Below, one piece after another: positions 25,411 to 35,266 of a stretch of 35,266 nt of DNA. Each line of letters begins with the position of its first letter. Positions within the stretch are counted from its first letter, which is position 1. The notes under the pieces were generated by a model. That model did not search any database and was not told the DNA's origin. It saw nothing but the letters and a program-made list of their open reading frames with translations. The position numbers were made by a program, and so were the translations under genes. The stretch is from contig JBDRRF010000010.1 of assembly GCA_043825875.1 (NCBI GenBank), positions 1 through 35,266 of the forward strand, read 5' to 3'. This DNA comes from Pseudomonadota bacterium (GTDB lineage: Bacteria; Desulfobacterota; Desulfobacteria; Desulfobacterales; RPRI01).

Positions 25411-26907
25411 ATGAATAAATACCGGCTTGAAATAATTGTATTTATTACAGGTGCCGTTGTGATGGCGCTTGAGCTTGTCGGATCGAGAATTATTGCCCCC
25501 TATCTCGGAACTTCCATATATGTCTGGACAAGTCTTATAGGAATAATACTGGCAAGTTTAAGCATAGGTTATTACTGGGGCGGACGACTTGCCGATAAAA
25601 AGCTTGGCTACAAGACTTTTTCACTTCTTCTTTTTTTGTGTGCAGTACTTGTCGGAATAATAGCCATTATAAAAACGCCGGTTCTTGATATTATCGGCAG
25701 ATCAGTACAGGATATCAGGTTTGGAGCCGTGATAGCCGCTACTATACTTTTTGCACCTGCAAGTATTCTGCTTGGTACAGTTTCTCCTTACGCCATAAGA
25801 CTCAGATTGGAAGATCTTGAGCATTCGGGAGCAACAGTTGGAAAACTTTATGCCATATCCACAGTCGGAAGTATAATCGGAACATTTGCCACAGGATTTT
25901 TTTTAATTTCATTTCTCGGAAGCCGCAATATTTTGTTCTTTCTTTCCATAGTACTTTTTGTCGTTTATCTGCTTGCTTTGTCGGGATATAGGCTGAAGAC
26001 TGCAAAAATTCCTGCAATAATTTTTGCAGCCATATTAATTTCGGCATATTTTTTTCAGGCAAAAGGTTCCCAAAATTTTGTTGCCGATATTGATACAAAA
26101 TATAACCGGGTTATAATAGAGGAATTAAAGGATCCCGATTCAGGCAAAACAATACGCTTTTTGCGTGTTGACAAAAGTTGGGGGCAATCGGCCGTTGTGA
26201 TTGGAGAACCTGATGAACTTTTTTTCGACTATCTTAAATTCTACCGTCTGACAGAACACTTTTGCCCTCAAAATCAAAAAGCTCTTCTAATAGGAGGTGG
26301 CGCATATACGGTTGCAAGAGATTATATAAGGCGAAATCCTGATAATATAATTGATGTAATTGAAATAGACCCGGATTTTACTTTACTTGCTAAAAAGTAT
26401 TTTTATTTTAAAGATGATCCAAGGATAAGAAGCATACATGAGGATGGAAGAACTTTTTTAAGGCGTGCCACAACAAAATATGATGTGATTTTTATAGATG
26501 TTTTTAAATCAAGTGCTTCACCACCTTTTCATTTAACAACTAAAGAAGCCATTCAGGAAGCATCGGCTTTGCTTAATGAAAATGGCGTAATGATCACAAA
26601 TCTATATTCAGCCATAAACGGTGATAAAGGTAAGTTTTTCCGTGCAGCTTATGCAACAATTAAATCGGTTTTCCCCCATGTTTATGTTTTTCCTGTCCAG
26701 CATCCTATGCAGCCGGAAGAATTGCAAAATTTAATTATAATTGCAGTTAAATCTGACGAAGCCGATACATTAACAAACAGTGACCCGGAGCTAAATAAAT
26801 ATCTTGCCAATTATTGGAAAAATAGCATAGCTTGTGATATTGCTGTATTAAGAGACGAATTTGCACCTGTTGAACATTATCTTACAGAAGTTATTAAAAA
26901 TTTCTGA
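25411..26907 (+). CDS. Fused membrane domain / spermidine synthase-like protein
   Basis: N-terminal TM region (ELVGSRIIAPYLGTS, GKLYAISTVGSIIG); LLIGGGAY, IEIDP, EDGR, YDVIFIDVF, PFHLTT. Confidence 0.88.
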   Translation: MNKYRLEIIVFITGAVVMALELVGSRIIAPYLGTSIYVWTSLIGIILASLSIGYYWGGRLADKKLGYKTFSLLLFLCAVLVGIIAIIKTPVLDIIGRSVQDIRFGAVIAATILFAPASILLGTVSPYAIRLRLEDLEHSGATVGKLYAISTVGSIIGTFATGFFLISFLGSRNILFFLSIVLFVVYLLALSGYRLKTAKIPAIIFAAILISAYFFQAKGSQNFVADIDTKYNRVIIEELKDPDSGKTIRFLRVDKSWGQSAVVIGEPDELFFDYLKFYRLTEHFCPQNQKALLIGGGAYTVARDYIRRNPDNIIDVIEIDPDFTLLAKKYFYFKDDPRIRSIHEDGRTFLRRATTKYDVIFIDVFKSSASPPFHLTTKEAIQEASALLNENGVMITNLYSAINGDKGKFFRAAYATIKSVFPHVYVFPVQHPMQPEELQNLIIIAVKSDEADTLTNSDPELNKYLANYWKNSIACDIAVLRDEFAPVEHYLTEVIKNF

Positions 26908-26908
26908 C

Positions 26909-27598
26909 ATGATCGAATGTAAAAATATAAATTATAAATATCCAGGTACGCAATATCCTGTATTCAATAACTTGAGCTGCAAAATTGATGCGCCGGGATT
27001 TCATGCATTATTCGGCCTGTCCGGAGTCGGCAAATCAACTCTTGCGCGAATGATAGCAGGCCAGTTAAACGGATTTGACGGAAAGATTGACTATGCAGGT
27101 GTAAATAAAATCTTTTATTCCTATAATCTTGAAAGACTTCCCGGATGGTCAAGCATTGGTGAGCATATCTTAAAAATAACGCCGGAAAAAAATAAAAGCA
27201 AAATCGATGAACTTATTGAATCCTTCGGACTATCGGCTTATATGGATTACGGCTTTTCGCATCTTTCTCTTGGCCAGCGCAACAGAATTAATCTTGCAAG
27301 ATATTTGGTGCAGGATTTTGATTTTTTAATAATGGATGAAAGTCTTGCCAATGTGGATGAAGCAACGCGCGAGCAGATCATTTTTAAAATAAAGGATATG
27401 TTTCCAGAAAAAACCTTTATTTACATTTCTCACAGCGTTGCCGAAGTTTCCATGTTTTGCAAATACATTATAGTGTTAAGAAGTTTTAAGAAAAGCCCTC
27501 AGGCAGCTACCGTTTCAGGACAGGATAATACCAAGGGAAATTTAGTTGACAGAAAAGAACTGGAAAAAACAATGCTGGAGATTGTAAGTGCTTCATAA
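26909..27598 (+). CDS. ABC transporter ATP-binding protein
   Basis: GLSGVGKST, LSLGQ, LIMDE, ISH; likely ATG at 26909. Confidence 0.9.
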   Translation: MIECKNINYKYPGTQYPVFNNLSCKIDAPGFHALFGLSGVGKSTLARMIAGQLNGFDGKIDYAGVNKIFYSYNLERLPGWSSIGEHILKITPEKNKSKIDELIESFGLSAYMDYGFSHLSLGQRNRINLARYLVQDFDFLIMDESLANVDEATREQIIFKIKDMFPEKTFIYISHSVAEVSMFCKYIIVLRSFKKSPQAATVSGQDNTKGNLVDRKELEKTMLEIVSAS

Positions 27599-28340
27599 AC
27601 GCTTATATCAGTTTATACTTGTTTATCTTTTAGGGCTTGCTTTTTTATTTCTTATAAAAGTTGTTTTGAATCTTTCCGATTATGTTATTCCCAGCCCTGT
27701 AGAGATTTATGAGACCGCACACAAAGTTTTTTTAAGATATATTCCTGATGTATTAAATACTTTATCTGTAGCTATAATCGGGCATGTGCTTTCCATTGTT
27801 ATGGCAACTATAGTAGGAATAATAAGCAGATTATCTAATTGGACAGGGTCATTTATTAAAACCGCAGCTTTTAATATTCAGGCATATCCAATTGTTGCTG
27901 TTGCTCCGATAATATTTATTCTGCTGGGTGACGGTCTTTCTTCAAGGCTTTTGATTGCAGCTATGATATGCTATTTCCCTTTGCTTCTATCATTTATAGG
28001 AGTACTTTCCGAACCGGTTACAGATATAGAACACTTTTATGTGCATTCCGGCAAAATGAGATGGCAGCTTGAGGCAAAGATAAGAGCTTTTGAAAACATG
28101 AACAAGCTTGTAACAGTAATTTCCGGAAGTGCTACCCTTGCAATGGTCGGAACCATAGTTGCCGAGTTTATCGGGGCAAACTCAGGAATTGGATACAGTA
28201 TTCGCATAGCTTTGTACCAGAGTGATCTTTCCAAGATTTTGATTGCACTTTTTCTTATTGGAATTTTCACCTCGCTTTATCTGGCTTTTTTAGAATGGCT
28301 TGGCAACATGCTGGTAAGAAGCTGGGGGGCAAAGGCTTAA
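27588..28340 (+). CDS. ABC transporter permease (NitT/TauT type)
   Basis: IPSPVEI, PIVAVAP and IVAEFIGANSGIGY motifs; TM segments. Confidence 0.88.
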   Translation: MLHKRLYQFILVYLLGLAFLFLIKVVLNLSDYVIPSPVEIYETAHKVFLRYIPDVLNTLSVAIIGHVLSIVMATIVGIISRLSNWTGSFIKTAAFNIQAYPIVAVAPIIFILLGDGLSSRLLIAAMICYFPLLLSFIGVLSEPVTDIEHFYVHSGKMRWQLEAKIRAFENMNKLVTVISGSATLAMVGTIVAEFIGANSGIGYSIRIALYQSDLSKILIALFLIGIFTSLYLAFLEWLGNMLVRSWGAKA

Positions 28341-28345
28341 AAAAT

Positions 28346-29332
28346 ATGAAGAATAATTTAAAATATATTATTTTATCATTGGTGCTTGTTATAATTTTTT
28401 CGCTTTCTGGTTGTGCCGAAAAAAATAAGGAGATGACAAAAGTTTCTTACAGGCTTAAATGGCTCTTTAACACAAGTGTTGCCGGAGATATTTATGCCGA
28501 TGCCAACGGGTTTTTTGCAAGAGAAGGACTTGATGTAGAAGTAAAAGAGGGCGGACCGGAACTGGATGCAATAAAAGAGCTTGAGATAGGCCATGCCCAG
28601 TTTGGTGTTGCTTCTGCGGATCAGGTTATAAGGGCTGTTTCAAAAGGATCTCCAATCGTTGTGCTTGCACAGCTATTTCAGCTAAATCCGCTTCAATGGA
28701 TATACCGGTCGGATGAAAACAGAATTGACAAAATAGAAGATATAAAGGGCAAAACAATAGGAATTACTTTTGGCGGAAATGATGAAACAATTATGAAAGC
28801 TCTTTTGTCAAAACATGACATAAGAGAAGAAGAAGTAAATTTTTTCAGCGTAAGGTATGACTACACTCCTTTTTATGAACGAAGGGTTGCTCTATGGCCT
28901 GTTTATAGAAATGCCGAAGGAATTATCATTGCAGATAAACTTTTAAAAGCAAAAGAACCGGTTTCATTTTTTAATCCTAATGATTACGGAATTCATTTTG
29001 TCGCAAATTCTGTAATAACAACAGAATATATGCTAAAACAGCACCCTGAAACGGTTAAGGCATTTCTTTCGGCTTTAACAAAAGCCTGGAATGAAGCTTT
29101 AGACCCTGCAAATTCAGACAAAACTATAGATACTATTCATAAATTTGACCAGGATACACCTTCTGGTATTATGCGACAGCAGCTTGATATAACAAGACAA
29201 TTAATGAAACCGAACAAAAAAATATTATTCGGCGAAATAGATGTAGATGCATGGAAAGAGACCGAGAAAATTATGCTTGAACAAAAGCTTATTGCGGCAC
29301 CTGTTAATATTGAAACAAAACTTAAAAAATAA
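28346..29332 (+). CDS. ABC substrate-binding lipoprotein, NMT1/THI5-like
   Basis: Lipobox LSGC; LKW....AG.Y A...GFFAREGLDVEV; likely ATG at 28346. Confidence 0.85.
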   Translation: MKNNLKYIILSLVLVIIFSLSGCAEKNKEMTKVSYRLKWLFNTSVAGDIYADANGFFAREGLDVEVKEGGPELDAIKELEIGHAQFGVASADQVIRAVSKGSPIVVLAQLFQLNPLQWIYRSDENRIDKIEDIKGKTIGITFGGNDETIMKALLSKHDIREEEVNFFSVRYDYTPFYERRVALWPVYRNAEGIIIADKLLKAKEPVSFFNPNDYGIHFVANSVITTEYMLKQHPETVKAFLSALTKAWNEALDPANSDKTIDTIHKFDQDTPSGIMRQQLDITRQLMKPNKKILFGEIDVDAWKETEKIMLEQKLIAAPVNIETKLKK

Positions 29333-29363
29333 ATATTAAAGATCATGGTATAAGATCGATGTT

Positions 29364-30932
29364 ATGAAAGCCAAAAACTTTTTCATTCACGGAGAATATG
29401 CGAACCATTATCAGGATGAGGTGATGATGCTGGCTAACAGGACCTTACCTGCCGGATGGCAATGGGTTACAAGCTCTAAAAACTCTGTGGTTGCTGAAAA
29501 AACAGGTGATGAGAAAGTTTTTTATAAAGAGTTTCTCCAAAGGAATAATTTTGAAGGAATCAAAGCATTTTTAAATGGAAGCCGAAGCAAACGTGCCCGT
29601 AAACAATCGGATATTCTGGTTTCTGCCGGCTTGCCCACCCCGAGAATCCTTTGCTGGGGAAAAAGTAACAGAAGTGTTTTTATAATTACCCAAGGTTTTG
29701 ATGGTATAGGTTTTTATTTGTATCTTTTAAATTATTTCTCTCCCCCCCTTTCTCCTGAAAAGGTTAAGGAAAAACGATTATTGCTCAAGGCCGCAGGATC
29801 ACTGATAGGAAAACTTCATCAGGCTGGAATAGTCCATGGTGATTTAAGGCAGAATAATCTGTTGGTAAAAAAAGAAAATAATAATTTCCGGTTCAGCCTT
29901 ATTGACAATGAAAGAAACCGCAAATGGCGATATATTCCGCACTCTCAGATTGTAAAAAATCTCATCCAGTTTTCAATCGCTTCACATGATCTTTTAAGCA
30001 GAACCGATTTAAGGCGGCTTTTCATTGCCTATAAATCAAATTATCCGGATTTTTCCGTTAAAGAAGAAAAGAAATTACTGCAAACAGTTTATGATAGAAA
30101 AACCCTTCGTATATTAAGAAGTAATATCAAATTTTATATTGCACCTAACTGTAAATCATTTAAACATAAAATGTTTTATGGCAAATATTTAAAAGATAGC
30201 CTGGTTGCAAAACACTTTATGCAGGATGCCGACCCGGATAAGTGGTTTAACACAGGCAGTATAACGCTAAAACATGATAAAAATATAACAATAAATTTGC
30301 TTTCGGAACCGGATGGAGATGTTGTTGCCAAACGTTTTGTATCAAATGGGTTTTTGTTTCATGTAAAAACATGGATGAAAAAAGAACGGGCATTAAATTT
30401 GTGGAATATGACCCACTTTTTCAAAGAACTTGGTATTCCGGTTGCTTTGCCGCTTGGTTATGTAGCAGAAAAAAAAGGTTTGCTGCATAGAACAACTTAT
30501 TTTTACAGCCAATATATTACAGAAGCAAAAAGTCTTATGGATCTTTCACAAAATATGAAAGACTTTTCGAACTGGATAGAAAATAACAATACTATACCCC
30601 GTTTCGCGCTAGTATTGTCTAAGCTTCATAGCAATGGATTTTGTCATGGCGACACAAAATGGGTGAACATTCTGGTAAATGAGAACAGCGGAAATTTTTG
30701 GCTAATCGATCTGGATGGAGCCTCTTTTAGCAAATCAAAATTAGCCAGATCCATGCTAAAGGATCTTGGAAGGTTTATTGTTGATATGATAGAAACCGGG
30801 CTTTCAGATAAGTTTATAGATAATTTTTTGATGGTATACTGTAATGCAAGGGTTTTAAACAAAGAGCTGGTTCAAAAAAAGGTTAACCCGCATATTTCAA
30901 AAATTCTTAAACGGCACAAAAAAATCGGATGA
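29364..30932 (+). CDS. Tandem lipopolysaccharide kinase (Kdo/WaaP/InaA-like) protein
   Basis: Two catalytic loops, HGDLRQNNLL...LIDNE and HGDTKWVNIL...LIDLD. Confidence 0.85.
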   Translation: MKAKNFFIHGEYANHYQDEVMMLANRTLPAGWQWVTSSKNSVVAEKTGDEKVFYKEFLQRNNFEGIKAFLNGSRSKRARKQSDILVSAGLPTPRILCWGKSNRSVFIITQGFDGIGFYLYLLNYFSPPLSPEKVKEKRLLLKAAGSLIGKLHQAGIVHGDLRQNNLLVKKENNNFRFSLIDNERNRKWRYIPHSQIVKNLIQFSIASHDLLSRTDLRRLFIAYKSNYPDFSVKEEKKLLQTVYDRKTLRILRSNIKFYIAPNCKSFKHKMFYGKYLKDSLVAKHFMQDADPDKWFNTGSITLKHDKNITINLLSEPDGDVVAKRFVSNGFLFHVKTWMKKERALNLWNMTHFFKELGIPVALPLGYVAEKKGLLHRTTYFYSQYITEAKSLMDLSQNMKDFSNWIENNNTIPRFALVLSKLHSNGFCHGDTKWVNILVNENSGNFWLIDLDGASFSKSKLARSMLKDLGRFIVDMIETGLSDKFIDNFLMVYCNARVLNKELVQKKVNPHISKILKRHKKIG

Positions 30933-30942
30933 ATAAATCTGT

Positions 30943-31554
30943 TTAGCTATTTTGACTGCTTATAATCTTTTTTAGCAAATCGTTATCAGGATAGTGTGCC
31001 AGCAACGATGATTCGAAATGGTTCCATTTTCTTAAAATCTTTTTTTCTGCAAGAAAATTAATGTAATTTGAGATTGGAACAAAATCTGAGTTTCCTATAT
31101 TGTCAATGATTATCAGAGCACCGTCAGTGCTGTTAATTCGTTTGTAAACAATATTTTTTGCCTTTATCGTCATTGTAATAATTTTGTTATGGAACAAACT
31201 GTTTTTAAGATTAAGAAATGCTTTTGACAAACCGGAGTAGTTCAGTTTAGTCTCTTCAATAGAAGTTAAGTAATATTCAAGAGATTTTGAAGCTTTTCCA
31301 TCAGAATCTTTAATCAAATCAAAAACCGCACCAGACCCAAGATTTGTTTCTATATTACCGTAAAATTTGGGCAATATATCCCAAGAAATATTGCGTTTTT
31401 GAAGAAGTTTGTAATATGCCTGTTCACGGGCAACCTCTTTAAGTCCGTCATTGGTAAAAAGGATTTTAACACAAAGATCATTTTGGTGGGGATGAACATA
31501 GCATTCTCTATGCAGACCTTTTCCTACAAGAAAAGATGGTTTTAATTCAATCAT
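30943..31554 (-). CDS. YrbL-family protein
   Basis: Likely start MIELK at 31554; GKGLHRECYVHP, CVKI, ETNLGSG, IIDNIG. Confidence 0.8.
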   Translation of the reverse strand: MIELKPSFLVGKGLHRECYVHPHQNDLCVKILFTNDGLKEVAREQAYYKLLQKRNISWDILPKFYGNIETNLGSGAVFDLIKDSDGKASKSLEYYLTSIEETKLNYSGLSKAFLNLKNSLFHNKIITMTIKAKNIVYKRINSTDGALIIIDNIGNSDFVPISNYINFLAEKKILRKWNHFESSLLAHYPDNDLLKKIISSQNS

Positions 31555-31760
31555 TGACAATCCTTTGTCTTTATCCAAAAATCGATATAACAAGCATAAA
31601 CCAAAAAGCTGTTGAAAAACCCCATTGTTGTATGACATGGTGGGCTTGGAAAAAGCTTATTGTCTGCAAATTTTGTATTTTAGCTTGCCTGAACAGATAT
31701 AAGTAGTAATATATCTGTAAAGATATATGTTTTACATATCATAAGATTAAAATAAAAAAA

Positions 31761-32180
31761 ATGTATAAATACACTTTCCTGGTTGATCCGTCTTCAGATC
31801 AGATACGACAAATAACAGTCATATACCGCCTGACAGGTTGGTGGGATGAAGATATCCCGGATAATCCGTTGCATGTACGACAGATTATAGCAGGCAGTCA
31901 TTGCTTTGTTATTGCAAGCAAAGAAGATGAAATCATTGGTATGGGAAGAGCTTTAAGCGACAAGGCAAGCGATGCATATATACAGGATCTTACTGTTGTA
32001 GATTCTTACAGGAAGAAGGGTGTGGGCACTGAGATTTTAAAAAAATTGGTTGGCCGTTTAAAAGATGACGGTATTAAATGGATAGCCCTTATTGCTGAAA
32101 GAAATTCACACAATTTTTATACTAACTTTGGATTTAATAAAATGCCTGATTCACAACCTATGTTGAAGATATTGACATGA
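31761..32180 (+). CDS. GNAT acetyltransferase
   Basis: IGMGRALSD, YRKKGVG, FYTNFGF. Confidence 0.9.
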   Translation: MYKYTFLVDPSSDQIRQITVIYRLTGWWDEDIPDNPLHVRQIIAGSHCFVIASKEDEIIGMGRALSDKASDAYIQDLTVVDSYRKKGVGTEILKKLVGRLKDDGIKWIALIAERNSHNFYTNFGFNKMPDSQPMLKILT

Positions 32181-33088
32181 ATATGAAAGAAATTACATAT
32201 TCGGACTATGCGTCATTAAAAAAATATTTTATCAATCAAAGGTACATGCTTTGCGTTTATACTCTTCCTTCGCTTATAGCATGGAGTAATGAATATTACA
32301 GGCCGTGCGGAATTATCGAAAATGACGCTTTGATAATAGGAGCTGAATTTACGGAAGAGAAAGAACACCGTCACCTGATACTTCCCATATCACCTTCAAA
32401 GGAATATTCTCCAAAAGAACTCTACAGGGTAGCCAATGAAAGCGGTTTTGATAATTACTGGTTTGTGCCTGGAAACTACATTGATACATATGGCAAAAAA
32501 GAAGTTGAATCTTATTTTAAAATAAATTTGCAAAAAGAATATTCTGATTACGTATATCTTAAATCCGATCTTTCGGAGCTTAAAGGCAATCGTTATTCTC
32601 AGAAAAGAAACCTCATCCATCAGTTTGAAAGAGAATATGTTGCAAGCAATCGCATTGAAACAGGAGAAATAACATCAGAGGTATCTGCCGAATGCATTGA
32701 GTTTCTGGAAAAATGGTGCATAGAAAGAGACTGCGATGCTGATCCCAATGAAGATCTGGCCTGTGAAAAGAATGCTATAATAAATACTCTTAATCACATT
32801 GATATTCTTGATCTAAAAGGCATATATCTTAAAGTTGACGGGGAAATAAACGCTTTTGGGATTGCTACATATCTTACAAATGATATGGGCGTGCTTCACT
32901 TTGAAAAGGCTTTCACAAACATAAAAGGGCTTTATCAGTATTTTGATAACCTGTGCGCAAAAACTCTTTTTGACGGTTATAAGTTTATTAACAAAGAAAG
33001 TGATATGAACATTCCCGGCCTTGCAAAAGTAAAAAAATCATACCACCCCACCATGATAGTCAAATCTTACAAGCTTGTTTTGCGATAA
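32177..33088 (+). CDS. DUF2156 domain protein
   Basis: DYVY..LKGNRYSQKRN, HFEKA, INKESDMNIPGLAKVKKSYHP. Confidence 0.88.
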   Translation: MNMKEITYSDYASLKKYFINQRYMLCVYTLPSLIAWSNEYYRPCGIIENDALIIGAEFTEEKEHRHLILPISPSKEYSPKELYRVANESGFDNYWFVPGNYIDTYGKKEVESYFKINLQKEYSDYVYLKSDLSELKGNRYSQKRNLIHQFEREYVASNRIETGEITSEVSAECIEFLEKWCIERDCDADPNEDLACEKNAIINTLNHIDILDLKGIYLKVDGEINAFGIATYLTNDMGVLHFEKAFTNIKGLYQYFDNLCAKTLFDGYKFINKESDMNIPGLAKVKKSYHPTMIVKSYKLVLR

Positions 33089-33185
33089 GATATAGCAACA
33101 CCGGCACACACGGCAGGACTTGATCTGAATTCAAGCAATAAATTTAAAGCTAAACTTATTCATGAAATAGCGGTAATTGTGTTAA

Positions 33186-35262
33186 CCCAAGTTCGACAAT
33201 AATTTTATGAATAACGAATAAAAGCAACATTATATGATAAATCAGCTAAAATTTTCCTCACTACATTATTGCTTGATAGCCGGTTTTGTTCAAGGATGTT
33301 TTAATTTTTATCCTGCTCAAAGGCTGCTGTTTTAAGTTTAAAGATTTATATATATCTTGCTGGTTGATTGTCGGGATACTACTGTTTCTGATATTTATTA
33401 TTGATTCATCTTCTGTTTTAAAACTTGTTGTCACCCTTACATGGGTACTTAATGTGTTTCGGATTGTCTGCCAATTATAATGGATTTTGTTTTGTCTCAA
33501 TTTTCTTAAAATTCCTGCAAGCATTTGATATGCAAGAACCGTTATGAAGATATGTGCTGTGGTTGTGTCATCTCTTTTATGATGAATGGGCCGTAAGCCT
33601 AAATGAGATTTCATGCTCCTGAAACTGTCTTCTATAGTTGTCAGAGACCGATGAATTTTAGAAATCTCTTCTTCCGAAAGATCTAAACGATTCGTGCGAA
33701 GGATGTATTGCCCGACTTTTGTTTCTTTCGCTTTACCGTTTAAATTTTTGATGTAATCAATTTGCTTTACTTTCCCATCGGCGCTTTCAATGGTTATATC
33801 GTAAAGACTGCCCACGCCATATCGTTCCTTGAGTCTGCCGACTCTTTCTATAATGCTCTCGTATTTTTTTTGCGCCCCCTTCTTCGATAAACCCTCTTTC
33901 AACCTTTTTAATTCCTGTTCAAATCTATCGGTTTTCTTGCCGAGAATAGCTTTTTCCTTCAATTGCTTATCAATACTATGACAGCAAAGAAAGGCTTCTT
34001 TGTCTTTTTCAACCAATTTTACTTTCAGTTTGCTTTCTCCATCCGAAAGTTTCAAATCCTTTTCAACACTGCCATCCCAAAAATCATTACTGTAAGTTTT
34101 CTTCCTGGACACGGCAACATATTTAAATTCTTTTTGTTTTATGATTTCAATGTTCTTCTCGGATGCAATGCCCGCATCGATGACAACCGTTTTTTGTGAT
34201 CCATCTGCTTTGTCTATCTCGTTTAGCATGCTTTCCAATGTCTGCGGTTCGGATATATTGCCCTCCAGTATTTTGCTTTGTTTGGGAAAGCCATCTTCAT
34301 CAACAGTTAAAGCCAGTGTTACCAAAGGCCGGTCATTCCGGCGCTCTTTGGATTTGCCTGGTTTGGATAACCTGCTGGTACGCTTGCTGCCCTCAAAATA
34401 GGTGTTGGTCAGATCATATAAAATAACCGTTTCTTTTAAATCAAAAATCCCTCTTGCTGTTTGAGACAACCTTTGCTCAATCGTTTCATGATGCTTGAGC
34501 AATAAACAGGCAACCCGGTGCAATGCATTATCGTAAACAACCGCATTCGTACTTATCAATTCACATACCGCACTGTTTTCATTGATCCATATTGCTGTTT
34601 CTCTTTCACTTGCGGGATGAACAAGTCTTGCTACAATCAACATCTTCGCATAATCAATTTCTTTATCACTGAACTTGAGATCCTTTAATATTTTATCAAA
34701 CCCGTATTCCTGTAAACTATTTACTGCAACATGTTCAGCGCCCACGGTTTTAACATCGGTTGTTGAAACTGAGTGAATGTCAACTCTTTCATACAGAGGA
34801 GCCGGATTATAAACTGTTTCAATGTTTCCGGCACAACGAAGCTGTTCTTTGATGATTACTTTGGAATAGTGTTTGGCAAGTGTTGCAATCTCAGGATCTG
34901 TCGGAAATAGTTTTTCTTGTTTATGAAGCTCGCTTTCAATAGAATTAGCCAGCTCTTTCCATTTATCTTTAGGCAAGTCCAGAAAACCCATATTCAATAT
35001 AAGAGTTTGCCTTGGACCATTAGGAGTGCGGACCGATTCCACCAACTGATGCTGAATATATTTTTTGCCTTTTATAGATTTAACAGTTTCCCGGATAAAC
35101 ATGACGCATGCATACTATCCTTTTCCAACCATGTCAAGCATTATTTTCTATTTTCAGTCACTACATTGGCTTTTCGACAAACCGCATACTATAATATCAA
35201 ATAGTTAGATAGTTATGACCGCCAAATATAATAGATTTTTGCCTGTTTTTGTCGAACTTGGG
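33186..35262 (-). mobile_element. IS1634-family insertion sequence, apparently complete
   Basis: TIRs CCCAAGTTCGACAA / TTGTCGAACTTGGG, each flanked by TTAA (boundary may shift 1 bp if the target is GTTAAC). Confidence 0.9.
33261..35102 (-). CDS. IS1634-family DDE transposase
   Basis: LVESVRTPNGPRQ, LYDLTNTYFEG, VIDAGI, IEDSFRSMKSHLGLRPIHH. Confidence 0.93.
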   Translation of the reverse strand: MFIRETVKSIKGKKYIQHQLVESVRTPNGPRQTLILNMGFLDLPKDKWKELANSIESELHKQEKLFPTDPEIATLAKHYSKVIIKEQLRCAGNIETVYNPAPLYERVDIHSVSTTDVKTVGAEHVAVNSLQEYGFDKILKDLKFSDKEIDYAKMLIVARLVHPASERETAIWINENSAVCELISTNAVVYDNALHRVACLLLKHHETIEQRLSQTARGIFDLKETVILYDLTNTYFEGSKRTSRLSKPGKSKERRNDRPLVTLALTVDEDGFPKQSKILEGNISEPQTLESMLNEIDKADGSQKTVVIDAGIASEKNIEIIKQKEFKYVAVSRKKTYSNDFWDGSVEKDLKLSDGESKLKVKLVEKDKEAFLCCHSIDKQLKEKAILGKKTDRFEQELKRLKEGLSKKGAQKKYESIIERVGRLKERYGVGSLYDITIESADGKVKQIDYIKNLNGKAKETKVGQYILRTNRLDLSEEEISKIHRSLTTIEDSFRSMKSHLGLRPIHHKRDDTTTAHIFITVLAYQMLAGILRKLRQNKIHYNWQTIRNTLSTHVRVTTSFKTEDESIINIRNSSIPTINQQDIYKSLNLKQQPLSRIKIKTSLNKTGYQAIM

Positions 35263-35266
35263 TTAA

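Noticed and set aside
1..35266. CRISPR array, tRNA, rRNA, riboswitch or reverse transcriptase
   Set aside because: No regularly spaced repeat-spacer array, cloverleaf, rRNA-like tract, recognisable aptamer or RT motif seen by eye; a covariance search was not possible

Overview
AT-rich bacterial chromosomal segment. The tmcDCBA operon, DUF362/DUF3786 Fe-S proteins and gene style point to a sulfate-reducing deltaproteobacterium (Desulfobacterales-like; inference). Housekeeping or metabolic content: a DUF6599-DUF362 pair, a stand-alone EF-G paralog, an MFS transporter, an Fe-S/LuxR regulator with an Fe-S/DUF3786 gene, the Tmc redox complex, a spermidine-synthase fusion with a NitT/TauT ABC transporter, a tandem LPS kinase, YrbL, and GNAT plus DUF2156. 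Accessory content: HicAB; a type I (EcoAI/EcoEI-like) R-M locus interleaved with Cdd1, Bro-N, RAYT and RhuM genes, whose hsdR has an in-frame TAG; an orphan BrnA; cassette-like genes; and a complete IS1634. The non-coding DNA holds structure the ORF track misses. It contains a decayed integron-integrase fragment, three attI-like simple sites (two inside a repeated ~100-bp module), one attC-like hairpin, and two MITE families sharing internal loop motifs. It also contains a 301-bp nested element with an 11-bp target duplication that carries a collapsed four-helix-bundle gene. Family assignments come from motif recognition, not database searches.
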